In this document: positions 21,206 to 35,100 of the stretch, piece by piece
How positions within the stretch are numbered: the stretch's first letter is position 1
Layout of the letters: each line of letters opens with the position of its first letter
Origin: Podarcis muralis
Taxonomy: Eukaryota
Length of the DNA: 64,000 nt
Direction of reading: 5' to 3'
Assembly (NCBI RefSeq): GCF_964188315.1
Contig: NC_135661.1
Coordinates: forward strand, 62,558,001 to 62,622,000
The notes under the pieces: generated by a model
Database searches by the model: none
Seen by the model: only the letters and a program-made list of their open reading frames with translations
Told to the model about the DNA's origin: nothing
Made by a program: the position numbers and the translations under genes

Positions 21206-22899
21206 CGCTTTCGGTACAGGAGAGAGGAAACAAATATGAGCACCACCAAGGACAACAATCACACCCTCCAAAGAAGGACCCCTTTTCCTTGAATGGCATC
21301 GTGGATGAGAACACAAAATGGTGGTGAGTGCCCACTGGGACTGGTAGGGTGGAATGCTGGGAACCCAACAGTAGGTGGCACCAGAGCCAATGGCAGGTGC
21401 AGCCAACTAAGTCTTGTTTTGTCTCCATCCTTCTCCCTGCTGAATTCTACAAGGGCAAAACTGAAACTAAGGACGAGGAAACTGACAGCTAAGGGAAGAC
21501 TTGAGTTTGGTGGGGCAAATCACGTTCCCCATCCCTGCTGTGCTCCCTTGCCTCTGTCTCAGACTGGCAGAATCCAGGTACAAGGTACTCACCTTGGACA
21601 CATCACCCCAATCTGCAACAGGGGAGAGCACATTCCTTGTGCTCTGGGTGTGGCTATGAAAGCATCCATGGAGCACCCCTCCATGTTGGAGCACCCCTGA
21701 TGTGTGCCAATAAATGTATTAACTTATTAATTAAAAAACTTCTCAGATGAGTGTGCCCACACACCATCTTGATTTTAGATGTCATCAGCATTGAAGTCAT
21801 TCCAGTTACACAATGTGACTTGCTCTGTGCTCATATTTTATGGATTACATTCTCTGAAACCAAGACATTTCTAAAAATGGCACATTTCCCCCAGAAAAAG
21901 CAGTAAAAAAAAGTTCTCTGGAGAGCAGTAACCCTACTCCACCCAAACTCAAGAGATGAAGGCTGCAATCTTATATGCCAGTGGTTCCCAACCTTTTTTT
22001 GGTATATTGACCTATTGGTTTATTGTCACATGACCAAAGGTCTTCAGCAGCCATCGGTTTTATGCATTTTAACTGCAAATTTGCCTATATTATAATTGTT
22101 ACTTGAGACATCCATGCAAAAATTCACTTAAATTCATGTGGAATTTGTTGAGATATTTATAGTAGTTAACAAATTTACACAATTTTGTTCATGGGACTGT
22201 AAGAACACCAACCATCTGATTGTATTTCTAAAAACATATGGTTACACTAATCAGTGTTAGATGTAATAAACTATTTTAATAGTTTCATTCACAATTAAGT
22301 TCATTTATGCAAGAACCAGTGGGACGGTGGTTTGCATTTTGCCAACAGGTACATCAACGCAGAGTTTGATGGTTGTCTCAGATCATTTCATTTTCATAAG
22401 AGTCAGTGCTGAAAAACCTGTTTTGCAAAAATATATACTACCAAATGGCAGCAGCACAGAAATTTCTTCATTGGCAAGCAAAGGTTACTCAGTGGTAATG
22501 CAGCAACTGAGAAATTTTGGTAGCATAAAGCCAAAATTTGAGAAACCTCATTTCCAATTTTTTTAAATCTTTGATGGTCCTATCACGTGACTGTTCAAGA
22601 AGTTGTTCTTTTTGCACAAAGGCAACTTCCAGTGGAACCATTCAAACTCTACAGCGGAAAAGGAGTAGACAAATCTTGACTAAGGAAACTTCAAACCACC
22701 CTGTGTCCCTGGTCCTAGATCAAGGTTGCTCTGAGCGTCGCCTCTAATGCACAGGCTGTTTTAGCTCAAAACAACTCCCTGTACAACAAGTCCCTTGTGG
22801 CGAACTATCACCGCATATGCCAAAAAGAAAAGGCTGTAAAATATACCGGTATTTCATTACACTCGTTAAGGATTAAAGCAATAATTATTGGGTTGGGGG

Positions 22900-23780
22900 G
22901 TATCTTAAAAAGCCCTTGGCCCACTCGCTTACCTGTAAACCCCGCTTAATCCGAGGAGGACCCTCTTCCAAGTAAAGGCGAACAAGATCGCGCTGGTAAA
23001 AGCACCCGCTGCGCCGCCTAGCCCTCTCCGCCCCCTTTCTCCCTGGAAGCCGAAATCTAGGCGTGCAGACGTATCTGGGGACAGATCCTCCGCCCGCGCC
23101 GTTTTTCTCAGCAGGCAGATTGCAAAACGCTTATCAGGCTCAGGCGGCTTCCTTCAGCCTACGCAACCCGAGGGTGGGGTGCAGGCTGCTCCTATCCTGC
23201 CCTGGCTGTGCCCCCCTCCGGTCTTTTGGAAGGGCGCCACTGGATCCGGGCCTCCCCTTCCCGCGTCTCTGAAAGACCAAGCGGAACTGCGGGAAGCGTC
23301 TTTGTGGGCCCGGGTGTGTAGTTCAGGAGGCTGCAGGACTTGTTCCCAAGCGGTGCAAGCTGCAACGGGAAAACTTCTCCGTTCCCTCCTTTCGCAGCCT
23401 CCCTCCGTGCCGCGGGCTGCTGCTCCAGCCTGTCGCCCTTCGGCTGTCCATCGGAGGGCGCGCGTTTCTCATGCACTGGCTCTTGGGAACGCGCGAGCAC
23501 CTGGCCAGCTTTCGCCGGGAATCGCCCGGACTGCTTCCAAGCGGATCGGTGCTCTTCTTGCCTGCAAGGTTGTGGGGTGTGTATGTGTGTGGGATGGTCC
23601 CACGACATCGTTGGCATTAAAATGCCGCCCGTGTACTCCCCCCGCAATTTTTAAAAATCTGGTTTGCCGAAATCCAATGAGGGCCCCTCCAGACGTCGTT
23701 TTCATTGCACGTGTGACGGTTTCGGCTTGTGATGCTATCAGGTTGTGTCACATGTGATTCCACTTTCAGTACTATTTGGG
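22900..23780 (-). promoter_or_regulatory. CpG-island promoter and non-coding first exon of the GH3 gene
   Basis: CpG-rich block 1.7-2.5 kb upstream of the ATG. Strong minus-strand donor CAG|GTAAGCG at 22933/22932. An acceptor lies 2 nt before the ATG (exon start 21207). Confidence 0.65.
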
Positions 23781-26486
23781 CAGGCAAAGGGGAGGCCCCG
23801 CTGCTTCGTTTCCAATCAGTGCATATCCAATAACTTCCTGATGAAGTCCTGTAAGTTTTTACAGGACAAATGTTTAGGTTAATTTCTGCTACGCTGTAAC
23901 ATCTCCAGGCAGCAACAATGGCTGTTTGGGGAAAGCATCACCAAACTGGAGCAAAATAAAGGCACCACTAATGCGCTGTTAATGTGCAGGACATGTTCCA
24001 CAATAAACCACAAGTCTGGAGGGGCCCTGAGTTTAAAAAACAAAACAAGAAACCTGATCTCAATGATCCATTTGCAAATCAACGCCTGAGAGGGGAAATT
24101 CACAGGGGTGAGGAAATCATTCATTTCATAGGATCAACTGATGGTCATATCCAGGCTCTTATTAGTATTTTTCCACAAAAATATATATTTTACATATATG
24201 ACAGAAATGAGGCCACAGAATGCAAGTTTCTGTGTTACACAAGATTCTTTTTCAAGTGAAATGGTCACATAGAACATTTTTTTCAAAGGAAGAGTTGAGA
24301 CTTGTATGCATATCATTTCAGTCATGGAGATCAAGAGGCATGCCTAGCTCCAGCATTACGCACATTAGTGAGGCAGCCACCTCAAGCAGCAGATTTTGGG
24401 TGTCGTAAAGGGCAGCTAATAGTTTTAAAATATATTATTGTTTTATTTTTACTCCAATGAAGAGGTGCTTGTGGGATTTCCTGCCTCGAGTGCCAAAATA
24501 ACATGGCCAGTTGTGGTGCTGGGCACCTTAGCTTGGGCGAGCTTGGGGTTCCAGCTTCTGTTCTGTATTAGGCAGTAAAATGTCTTGGGCCCGCTATACT
24601 CTCAGGCATACCACAAAATCTTAATATTTTGCCTTTTCCCATTTATTTCCATGATCAGATAAACTAGAAACTGGCGATGGACTGTTGTTTTTTTAAAGCT
24701 AGATTCTGTAACAGCTACTATAATGTTCCTATTAATAATAATACAATAACAGTGTTTTTCAATCAAAACCAGATGTGGAATGGAATCATGGTGATGTTAT
24801 GCTAGACACTAGGGAAGTTTTCAGATGACCCATTCCAAAGCACTTACAGTATCCTGGTTTGTTTCCGTGGAGGTTAGATTCCACACTTTCCAGTGCATTT
24901 TTCTATGACTTTCCTTGCTGCAGAAATCCTTATTTTTAAGAGGAGTGGGCTTGTTGTGCAAGGCCTCCCAATCACCTATAATTGCACAACCGGACTGAAT
25001 CCCATCCCAAAATAGTGACAGTCTAGAACAGCATTTCTCAACCATGGGGTCCCCAGATGTTGTTGGACTGCAAGTTCCATCATCTCTAGCTAGCAGGGCA
25101 AGGAGTCAGGGATGATGGGTGTTGCAGTCCAACAACATCTGGGGATTCAAGGTTGAGGAAGGCTGGTCCAGAAGCACGCTAGGTTAAGGAAAGACAACTA
25201 ACTACATGGTGCATGATTACTCTATGGAGGGTGGGGAACCTGTTCCAGATGTGGCTGGACAACAACTCCCACCATCCTTGACCCAATTGACCTTGCTGGC
25301 TGGGGCTGATGGGAGTTGGAGTCCGACAGCATTGAGAGGGCCGGAGGTACCCCCCCCCCTTTGTTCTATGCAATTAATTGCCACAGGAGTCTGTGGTGCC
25401 TATTAGGTGGCTTTTTAAAGAAGGAATGGATAACTTTTTAGCCAAGATAGCGAGGGATATTGGGAGGCAGTGTACATATGAGTACCAGATGTTGGGAACA
25501 AACAATAGGAGATTCCATCACAATCACGCTGTGCTTGTAATCTTCCCAGGGACCTCTGGCTGGCTCCTCTCAAAGATGGGCTATAGCCCTAGATGGAACT
25601 TTGCTCTGGTTCAGCATCATGATTCTTACACTTCCCTGCACGTAGAGCCTCAGAAAAGACACCTTCACATAGACTTTCAAAGAAAAGACCACCACCTTGA
25701 TTTTATTCTACTTTATTTATTTATTTAAATCTGCCCTCGATTATTTGACATTAAGGCAGCGTACCAAATTAATCATGACAACAGTCATAAAGAAGCCACG
25801 GAACCAAACGAAAGGGTGTATCCAACTAAGTTCTACTCAGAATAGACCCATTGAAAATAATGGGCATGACTAACTTAGGCCCACTAATTTCAACAGGTCT
25901 ACTCAAGAGGAGTAGAAGCTAGGCAAATGCAACCCAAAATATATCTACCTGCAGATAAAAACAGGTTAGTGATCAAATACTGATTAGCTAGGAGATATTT
26001 CTTTTACGCTAGAGTATACAGTTTAAGACCAGTCTAACACCATATCGTCACACTGCAAACTCAATTTCCCCCACCACAAAAAACCAAACCCCATCACTGT
26101 ATACTGTGTATACTATCTCCAAGCCTGCTAGTTGCCAGATGAAGATTAAAGGAACCTCCAAATCTCTAACCTGATAGCATTTTTATTGGCCTCCATTATA
26201 TTCCTCCACCCTCTTTACTGGCTCTAATAAATCTTCTTTTTAAAAAAGCATTGAAATTAAGATAGGAACAAACTTCTACAATACACTGAAGTTTGAATTG
26301 AGCTGAAACTTGATTCCAGACATGTGGTTGCTTCCCAAACAATTGGCCTTTGTACAGCAAGGTGATAATGAGTGGACAAAGGGAAATCTTTGGGGATGGA
26401 ATCACTGTACAGTAGAAGTACAGTGATTTTTCTCACTGGTCTGCTCTTATCCTTAGCACCATCCTGGATGGACTAAATAGGTCTTT

Positions 26487-26573
26487 GGCAGTGGAAGACA
26501 GAAATGCCTGGCGTGCTCTGGTCCATGGGGTCACGAAGAGTTGGACATGACTAAACGACTAAACAACAACAAC
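26487..26573 (+). mobile_element. Bov-B (RTE) LINE 3' terminal fragment
   Basis: gcagtggaagacag...gggtcacgaagagttggacatgactaaac plus (CAA)n; matches 56713-56787. Confidence 0.85.
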
Positions 26574-27929
26574 AGCTGGTGGGACTGGTAGGCTGTCAAA
26601 GTGACATGTCCAACGAGGTGACAGCAGTATGTTCAGGTTCTGGTTTTCTCCCCATCTTACTACTTTGACTCAAAAGAAGGTGTTTTGCATACCCTTGGCT
26701 CTCCCAACCCCAATACTACTGTGTCTACTTCAAACCATTATTTGTTTTGCATCAGTGAGCTAAATTGGTTGGGTCTGGAGGACAAGGCAGCAAAATTTGC
26801 TTGGGTCCCGAACAGGTCCTCAAAACTAGGGATTATCCACCTCTGATTTAGTGTGACATACCAGCTTCTGCCTTTAACAATGACTTGTTCTTTTAATTCA
26901 TACCAGACCCTGGGAGCAAAGGTGGTAGTTCTGGGAATGTGGAAGGTGCAGAGATTTCTAAGCAATATTTCCTCTGCTACAGAAGTGTCAAGAGAATTTT
27001 TGAGGGGTAGAAGTTATATTTCCCCCCCTATTTCATTTAACAAAAATTATATACCACGTACTCAACAGAAAACTCATAAACAGTTTACAAAAGAATATGT
27101 ATTATCCTTCAACCAGAGGCCATTCTGTATACCCAGAAGTTCTCTCCAGCTTCTAATGTCTCTGAGCTGGATGGCTTTCTTTTTATAAACATTTACAAGT
27201 CTGAACGGGTGCAGATATCTCAATCAAGAGTTATTGCCGCAGGCTATTCAGCATTTGATGGTGAAACCTTAGCACCAATATATTATTTCATCTGAATTGC
27301 AGATGATGGTTCTCAGGCACATATTTACATTTTAATTTTATGTTTGCAATTGAAGGAAAAATCAAATGCTGAGTATCACAATGGTTTGATGTAAGGTAGT
27401 TTGGCCACAATTCTGATCACCCCTTTGTAGAGGAGAACTGGTGCAGAAAAGGACAGCCATCGTGATCTAAACTGGGGCTCTTTCCCCAAAAGGAAAGTTT
27501 GCAGAATTTGGGGCTTATAGTTGTTGTTGGTGGGGGAGTTATAAAAGAGGACATAATATTTATAAGATTAGGCATGCTTTGAAGAAAGTGAACAGAGAAT
27601 ATATCTCCCCTGCCATAGTACTGGAGTAGGAAAACTTTGACCATCCAGATATTGCTGAACTACAACTCCCATAAGCCCTAGCAAGCCTGACCAATGGCCA
27701 GGGGTGATGGGAGTTGCATTTCAACAATAGCTAGAGGTCCAAAGGCTCACTGCCCCATATTAGAAGTTGTAGTTATTCAGTGAAACCAATCGTCAGCGGC
27801 AGCAGATTCCAGATTACTGGGTACTGTCTGGGCATGCTTAGCTTCTGAGATGAGACAGAATCAGAACCATGAGGGAAATGTGGCAAGACTAGATTGTGGG
27901 GAGGCAACCCCCCCCCCCCAAACTTCTTC

Positions 27930-28190
27930 ACATAACACAGAATTAAATTCATGGCAAAGGAGACAAGACAGATTCATAAGGGAGAAGGCTATCAATGACT
28001 AAATAGCATAGCTATATGACTCCAGAGGCAGTATAGCCACGAGGATCACATGCTGGAATACAGCAAAAGGAGGGGGCGTCTGCCTTCATGCCCTGCCTGC
28101 CAGGTTTCCAAGGTGGCCACTGTATGAAACAGGCTGGTGGACTTGATGGACCTTCAGTCTCAGGCAGCAAAGCCCTTCTTATGTTCTTAG
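27930..28190 (+). mobile_element. CR1-like LINE 3' fragment
   Basis: Ends ...ggtggccactg...gatggacc...cttcttatgttctta. Confidence 0.55.
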
Positions 28191-28952
28191 GCTGCAGAAT
28201 CCACTTGAATCTAGCACTGTTTAGTTGTTAGATTACATATGTGTGCATACTCACACATCAGCACACAATTCACAACAGAGTTAAGTGTGGAGTAAGAAAA
28301 AACTAAACGCTTCAACTTCTGCCTTCGTCTGCCAGTGAGAGTCAATAACATTTTGCATAGAACACTAAGGGATGGTTGAGAAATCTGCCAGCCATACATG
28401 GGGCAAGTTTGTAAGAAAGGTTCAAACCTACCCTTAAAGGCACACAAAACAGTGAGTGCATTGTCCTCCAAACTGAATTATTAAGTACACACGGACATAT
28501 TTTCCAAATTTACCCTGCTCACGGAGGTGTAAACCAGGAGCCACAGAGAGCGCAGAAGAGGTTCCTGCCTGACTCCAGAAAGTCTAGCTCAGTTCTTCCT
28601 GCAGCACCTGAATGTTTTCAAGCCATAAATGCTTTCTCTTACACACACCCTCCCCAGGCCTCCTGTTAAAAGTCAAGCTATTTTCAGCCTCAGGATTCTG
28701 GACTTTAAAGGAGTTCCTTACATACATAGGATAGGTAAGGATGCATCTGGGACATACCTGGTGCTTCTGTGGTTAGTGCCCCGCGTGGCTGCCAATAAGA
28801 AGCACAGTGATGTTCTTTGACTCCCAGAAAGTACACCCACCCATAGTTCCCCCTTAGGGATTGCACAAATTTGGACAGAGACACATTGCTGCATTTGAGT
28901 TTCAGTTGATCTTGCTGGAGCGTGTCCATCTCAGCCACACGGCGAGCTCCTC

Positions 28953-29122
28953 TTATTCCTCTCTGAAATCCACAGGGCGGATCATCATGGTGGTCACCTT
29001 CAGACTATGGCTGGGGCCTTTCCAGTAGTGCCACTTCATGCCGTTGTACCTGTTCATGGCAGGACTGGGTGGGTAATAAATGCCATTTAAGTTGGAGGGT
29101 CCACAAGCATCAAACCACCAGC
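28953..29122 (-). CDS. ANGPT4: Angiopoietin exon 9 (terminal)
   Basis: [13 protein letters not shown]...[13 protein letters not shown], then stop. Confidence 0.92.
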
Positions 29123-32100
29123 CTGGAGACAGAGGGAGGAGGAAAAAGAGAAAGAACAGGGAACGTTGGGGTACTCTGCCCATAAACCCTGAAGCAACCC
29201 CCCCCCCAAGTCACTCTTCCCAAGCAGATTGGTCACCCGTGCTCTGAGGCATATGAATTTGCAATACAATATAGGAGTTGTGTGGCACACACTTCCCCTC
29301 CCCTTCCGCTCATTACCTCCACCTGCCATCTGTGCACACCTGCATGCACAGTGGTCATTGTCGACGTCCTTGGTGCTGAAGTCTGTCCCTGAGGGACTAA
29401 GGCTGCTCGTGCGACCAGCTGTGCCACTGTATCTCCCGACATAAAGCCTGCAGGGGCAAAAGGGGGAACGTACCATTGTCAGCTACAATGCTCTGTTGGT
29501 TGCCTCTCCTCTGAAATATGAAACAAGGTATACTTGCTTGGCCTTAGGTGAAATGTTTATTTCAAAAAGTCTGAATGTGGTAGGGCTGTGCCACCAGTGT
29601 CATAAGCAAGCGGTTTGCTCATTTTGTTTATCTCTGTACTATGTGTATCCCTGTTTTCCTGCAATCCAGGAAGATCTCTTTCCTACCTGAGTCATGCACT
29701 TGCATGGCTACCAGCAGCTCTCAGTAGTTCTAAATCAGTGTTAACAGAGCTGAATGCTTTCGGTCCAGAGCAGACCATTTAGTAAGGTGTGCTCAAACCC
29801 TTATCCCAAGCTCTTTCTTAGTCCTACACTGTGGTTTTAGGGCCCAACTAGATGTGACTAGGGATGGACGAATCAGGACAGTTTCAGTTTCTCATTTCCC
29901 CCAATCTTAAATCAGTTCTCTACAGTTCCTTAACAGTTTGCGATTATTAGTATTTTAGTCGACATGAAAATTCATCAGCATCTTAAGTGCAAATTTCACC
30001 TAATATAAACTTTTTTTAAAATACAGTTTTGAATAAAATAAACTTGCCCCTAATATGCACATTTGTGTATACATTATTTGGTTGGAGGGCTGAAACACAA
30101 AATCTGGTGTTCTAGCGCCAAGAAATAACACCAAGAGATTTTTAAAATTGTGTTTTATTTTTAAATTGGAGTCCAGCAGGTTTGGTAGGATTCAGGGCTA
30201 GACCTTTCCAGAGCACTTCCTGAGTAGGACTAGTGGTGGTACTAGCAGTGGTGTAGCGTGGGTTGTCAGCACCCGGGGCAAGGCAAGTAATTTGCGCCCC
30301 CTAACCCGTGGATTTGCGCCCCCTAACCCGTGGATTTGCGCCCCCTAACCCGTGGATTTGCGCCCCCTAACCTGTGGATTTGCCCTAACCCCAGATGTTG
30401 TGCCCGGTGCGGCCAGCCCCCCCTGCACCCCCCACGCTACACCACTGGGTACTAGGCCTGAAATTTCAACTGACTTCATGGTCAGCAGCCATGGAGCTTG
30501 TTCTCTGCCTGAATAAGGTGCTTATTTTAGAACCACAAGGAAATAAGCTCCTCACCGGTAGTTATGCTCCTCAGGCCCTACATGGAAGTCGTCATACAAG
30601 GCATAGGCCTCATTGTTTTCCCAGTCTTGGAGTTTGACACGAAGGTAGTAGGAAGTTTGTGCGGTGAGCAAGTGGATGAAATCATTGCCCAGCCAATGCT
30701 CTCCAGGTGGGGACCCAAAGCCCTGCAAGAAAAACACAGAAATGTCAGAGGAAGCACAGATTAATAGAGTCCTGATACAGCACATCACAGAAGTTACAGA
30801 AGACTGTCTCACCTCTTAGATAATGTTTCTAACTGTTTTTATTCATGCTTTTACTTTGAAATTGCTTAGAGATATTTTGGGGAAAGCAGTTCATAAATGA
30901 ACCACATAAAGGCTCAACTGAGGCTACAGAGCCCGCCTGGTCTGATATGGCAGAGATTGCGGGGAGGGGGGGGGAATCCCAGCTGTTAATCAACCTGGTT
31001 GGCTTCTACTAAGATGGTGAACCTGTGTCAGGACTGTACCACTTCAAATTGCAGGTAGGGATTCAGAGGACCAAATGTTCCTCCAAAACAAACAAAAAGT
31101 TTCCATTTGGTAGTTTCTAATGATAGAAGCCACCACTTGCAATCTGCCTCTGCTTCTTTTTAAATAGTTCCTAGCATTTGTAGAACCTGAGATATGAAGC
31201 TAAACGTACAAGTTCTATTCTTCTCATTTTCTGTAAGAAACTAGGCTACTCCTTACTAGGGTTTGAACTTGCAGGAAAGTTTTCTTTCACTCACTTTCAG
31301 AATTTCCTAGTGCAAAATCGGCTCATTTCTCATTCTACTCGCAAATGACCTTTGCGAGTAGAACAAGAAATGTGACATTTCTGCAAATCACTTCAATTCC
31401 CCCCCCCCCTCCCAAGAACTAATTGTAAAACTTAAGGTAAGTGCCCCACCAGGGTCTTGCTACGCCAGTGTTCTCAACAAACAAAGGTTTTTCTTCAGTT
31501 CACCTTATGCAATTACACCTTCCTGTAATTTATTTTCTCCTTCACAACTTGCCTCAACTTGAAAGGACCACTCATTCTTTTGGTATTTTAATAGTTTAGA
31601 CTTTAATAGTTTAGATCTGGAGTTGGTGGGTGGGTTGCTTGTTCCTTTTCAAATTTATTTATTTATTTTACAAATTTTGAGGATGGCAATGTGGTTTTCT
31701 ATCCATTAAAGGGTTTTTCTTACCCTTTTGCCCTGTCTATTATCTTCATTTGTCATTTTGTGTTGGCTAGCCTATTTTTAATATTACTTTTGTTTTACTC
31801 ATCATCATCATCCAAATAACTCTGCTTTCAGCCCCCTCTACCGATCCCTGCCTGCTGGCCCCAACATTTTCATATGAGAGATCCTTTACATGTATACGGT
31901 TGTCTGAACTGCCCATCCAGGGGCGGAGGAAGTGGGGTGCAGTGGGGGGCGGGCCGCCCCGGGTGTCACTACTGAGGGGGGTGACAAAATTCCGGGCGGC
32001 ACCCACTGCGGGGCCTGCAGTGCACCCGAACCATGCATCTTTCCTGGGAGAAACGCGGTGGCTTATGCACGCAGGCTGTAGGGCAGCTGAGTGGGAGGAG

Positions 32101-35100
32101 GCAGGCAGACTCCTCGGAGGCCCCGCGGAGCATCCTGCCTCGGCTCACCCCACCCCTGGGCGTAGGGCACGCACACTGCCCCAGGCGCTTGATCGGCTTG
32201 CTCTGCTGCTGCCCCCACCCACTCACTGGCAGTAGTAGAGTCACACTTCAAACAGTTTCAAAGAGAAATGGAAGAAGGCCCATTTGAACACCAATTTATT
32301 TACAAAGCTCTCCTAGGCAAGTCCCACTGAGATTTATGACCATTTACCCCACTATGCTGGAACAGACCCACACAGACACACCCACACACCCCTGGCTGGC
32401 TAGCAGTGGACAGGACTTGAAAGACAATGAGAAATGTTGATGGCTGCCATAAGCATAGTAAATTGGAGGAGACACTTCAAAGGGGAAAAGACCGATCTGG
32501 CATACAAATTAGTTGCACAATTGGAGCTGACATAAAAAAAGTAGTTGCAGAAGCTGTGCAGGTGGTTTCACTGCATCGGAGTCTGACTCGTTCTCTGTGC
32601 AATAGTTGCTGGAATAGGTTTTGTCATGGACATAAGGAAGAGCACAGGATCGTATCAGCAGCTGCCACAGGCATAAGCAATTAAGTGAACCTGCCTCTGC
32701 TAGATTTAAAACTCTCTTTTTTTAAAAAAAAAATCAAGTACATCTCTGGTCCTTAAAAGAGATAAACTACTCTGCCCACCTGCTTCCTTACCTGCTTATA
32801 CTCCTTCCAGGTGCGCTGAAAGTCGACAGAACCATCCGTCCGGTGCTGGATTACAGTCCAGCCGCCTCCACTGGTCTCCATGTCGCAGAGGACCTGCAAG
32901 GAGTGCAGTACATTAATGGCAGGGAAACTTCACAAATGTCCACAAGCTGCAGCTGGGCCTGAGGTTCCTCAGCTGTGCCCTAAGGAACAACAACTCTTCC
33001 AATTCTGCATCATCCATTAACACCTCATATTCAGAGCTGGACAAAGAACCCACAGATTGTGAGTTTCTCAGGTGCAGGTTCACTTCCAGTTTCAGAGGCC
33101 TGGGGGTTGGTCGTTGTGTTGTTGTTGTTTAAGAGGGAGGATATGTGGAGAAAAGTGCTGTGGGAAAGTGAGCTTCAGGAGGGAGGGAGGATTTCTACAT
33201 TCTAGGGAATTCAGAGGGGTGTGCACACAATTCTTCCAAAGAGCATCTTTGCCTGGAACTGTCCATCTATGGGTGCAAAGGAGTAGCAGAGCATCCCTTA
33301 ACACCATCCACCACCCACTTCCTAGATGTTCCTCTAGATGTTGCTGGACTACAACTTCCATCATCCCTGACTGTTGGTGATGCTGATGGGAGTTGAGAGT
33401 CTGGCAACATCTGATGGGCCACAGGGCCCCCATTCTTAGTGTGTCTAGGCCCTGATGCCTGCACTCACTTTTGCGGTGGCCGTAGTGTTGGGGAACTGCA
33501 GTGTGTAGATGCCACTGGCGGTGAACCCTGATTTGTATGCAGCTGCACAGTCCTTGAAAGTTTTCTGCTCTTCTGGGCGGACGTGAGAAATGTCTGCAAG
33601 AGTCAGACAAAGAGGTGCTTTCAGTATAGCCGTCTTCAATCTGTGCAATGTCCATGCATGCATTTTTGTAGGCCTAGACTCAGAAAGTTAGAAACATAAG
33701 AAAAACCCTGCTGGATAAGGCCAAAGGCCCATTTCATTCAGTATCCTGCTCTCACAGTGGCCAACCAGATAGGAAGCCATCTCCTTGTAGATGTTTGTCT
33801 GCAGTGGATGATTCCCAGGGATCTTAGGAGTGCAGACAGAAGCATTCAGCTGTGCCCTTGGGCAACACCCACGCACCCACCCTCAAGTAGTCTGCCTCCT
33901 CACTGCAGCAGGTCTCAGGAGCTCACATCAACAGGCTCCCTACTGGGATGTGGGCCTGGGCAGATGGCAGCCCTTGACACCAGCCCCAAAGTGCACTGAA
34001 TAAGTAGAGCAGGATCGCCCTGGGGAAAAAATCACTTCAGGGAAAACAGTTACTTACGGTTGCACTGGGACACCAAGCCTATCAAGAGCTTCACAGTCTC
34101 TGCCAGGGAGGCCTGCTGTCTCTGGAGGACTGTGTTGTTGACCAGGGCAGCGCCCAGACGCTGTTCCAGATGCCCAACGAGGTCCACCTGCTTGGACAGC
34201 AACCTCTGCATTTCCTGTTTCTCAGACCTGAGGCCTTGAAGCTCTTCCTCACGTTTCCCCTCCATAGCCAGAACCTTCTTCTCTAGGAAGCTAGGAAAAG
34301 GAAAGGAAAGGATAATAGGAATCCTCCACATACAGGCCAGCAGTATTAATTGCATTATTTCCTTTAAAACACTCATATCCCACCTTTCTGTCTTAGAAAG
34401 TGTACCCAAGGTAGTTAGCAATCTACGAAAAATACAAAATACATGATCAGGGGTTTGGTACCAAGATAGCTGAAGAACCACCTGTTCCCATATGAACTTG
34501 CCTGCTCTTTCTCACCTGAGACGACCTAGGACCCTCCTGCTACCCCACCTCACAGTGTCATCAGCTGATACTTACTGCAGACACTGCTAAGAAGTCTTGC
34601 AAGGTTTCAACAGTACCTTGCCAAGCAGCTGCTGATCATGGGAGCTTGAGTGGCAAGCAGTGAGTGGCAAAGGGGCATGCTCATTCTGGCAGTCCAGCAG
34701 AGGCTGCTGCCCATCCCAGTCTGCCACCTGAGGCAAGTTGCTCAGTGTGTCTCATGACATGGCCAGGCCTGACAGCTAGACAACAAAAATTCTGCAACCA
34801 GAGTAAAATTACACAAACATGCATGGATTCTGTTACTTTGCCTTGATTTGTTCTGCAAGAAGCAAGCACAGCTCTGACCTGTTCCTCTCTTGAAGTTTGC
34901 TGATCTCCTGAGTCTGCAGCAGCAGCTGTTTCTCAAGCTTGTTGGTAGAAAGGGAGTTTTCCAGTACTTGGATTTCTAGCCGCGAGGTCTGGGTGAAGAC
35001 CTGGTTGGTGAGAGTAGAGGGAAAAACAAGCAGCTCAACAGTGAGGGAGGGAAGTAGAGAGGCAAAAAGTAGGCGGAGCCAGAGCAAATTATAGGTGGAG

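Noticed and set aside
23063-23757. Overlapping ORFs of 100-190 aa at the GH3 promoter (also 57628..58017)
   Set aside because: Typical stop-poor frames of CpG islands, with no recognisable protein features.
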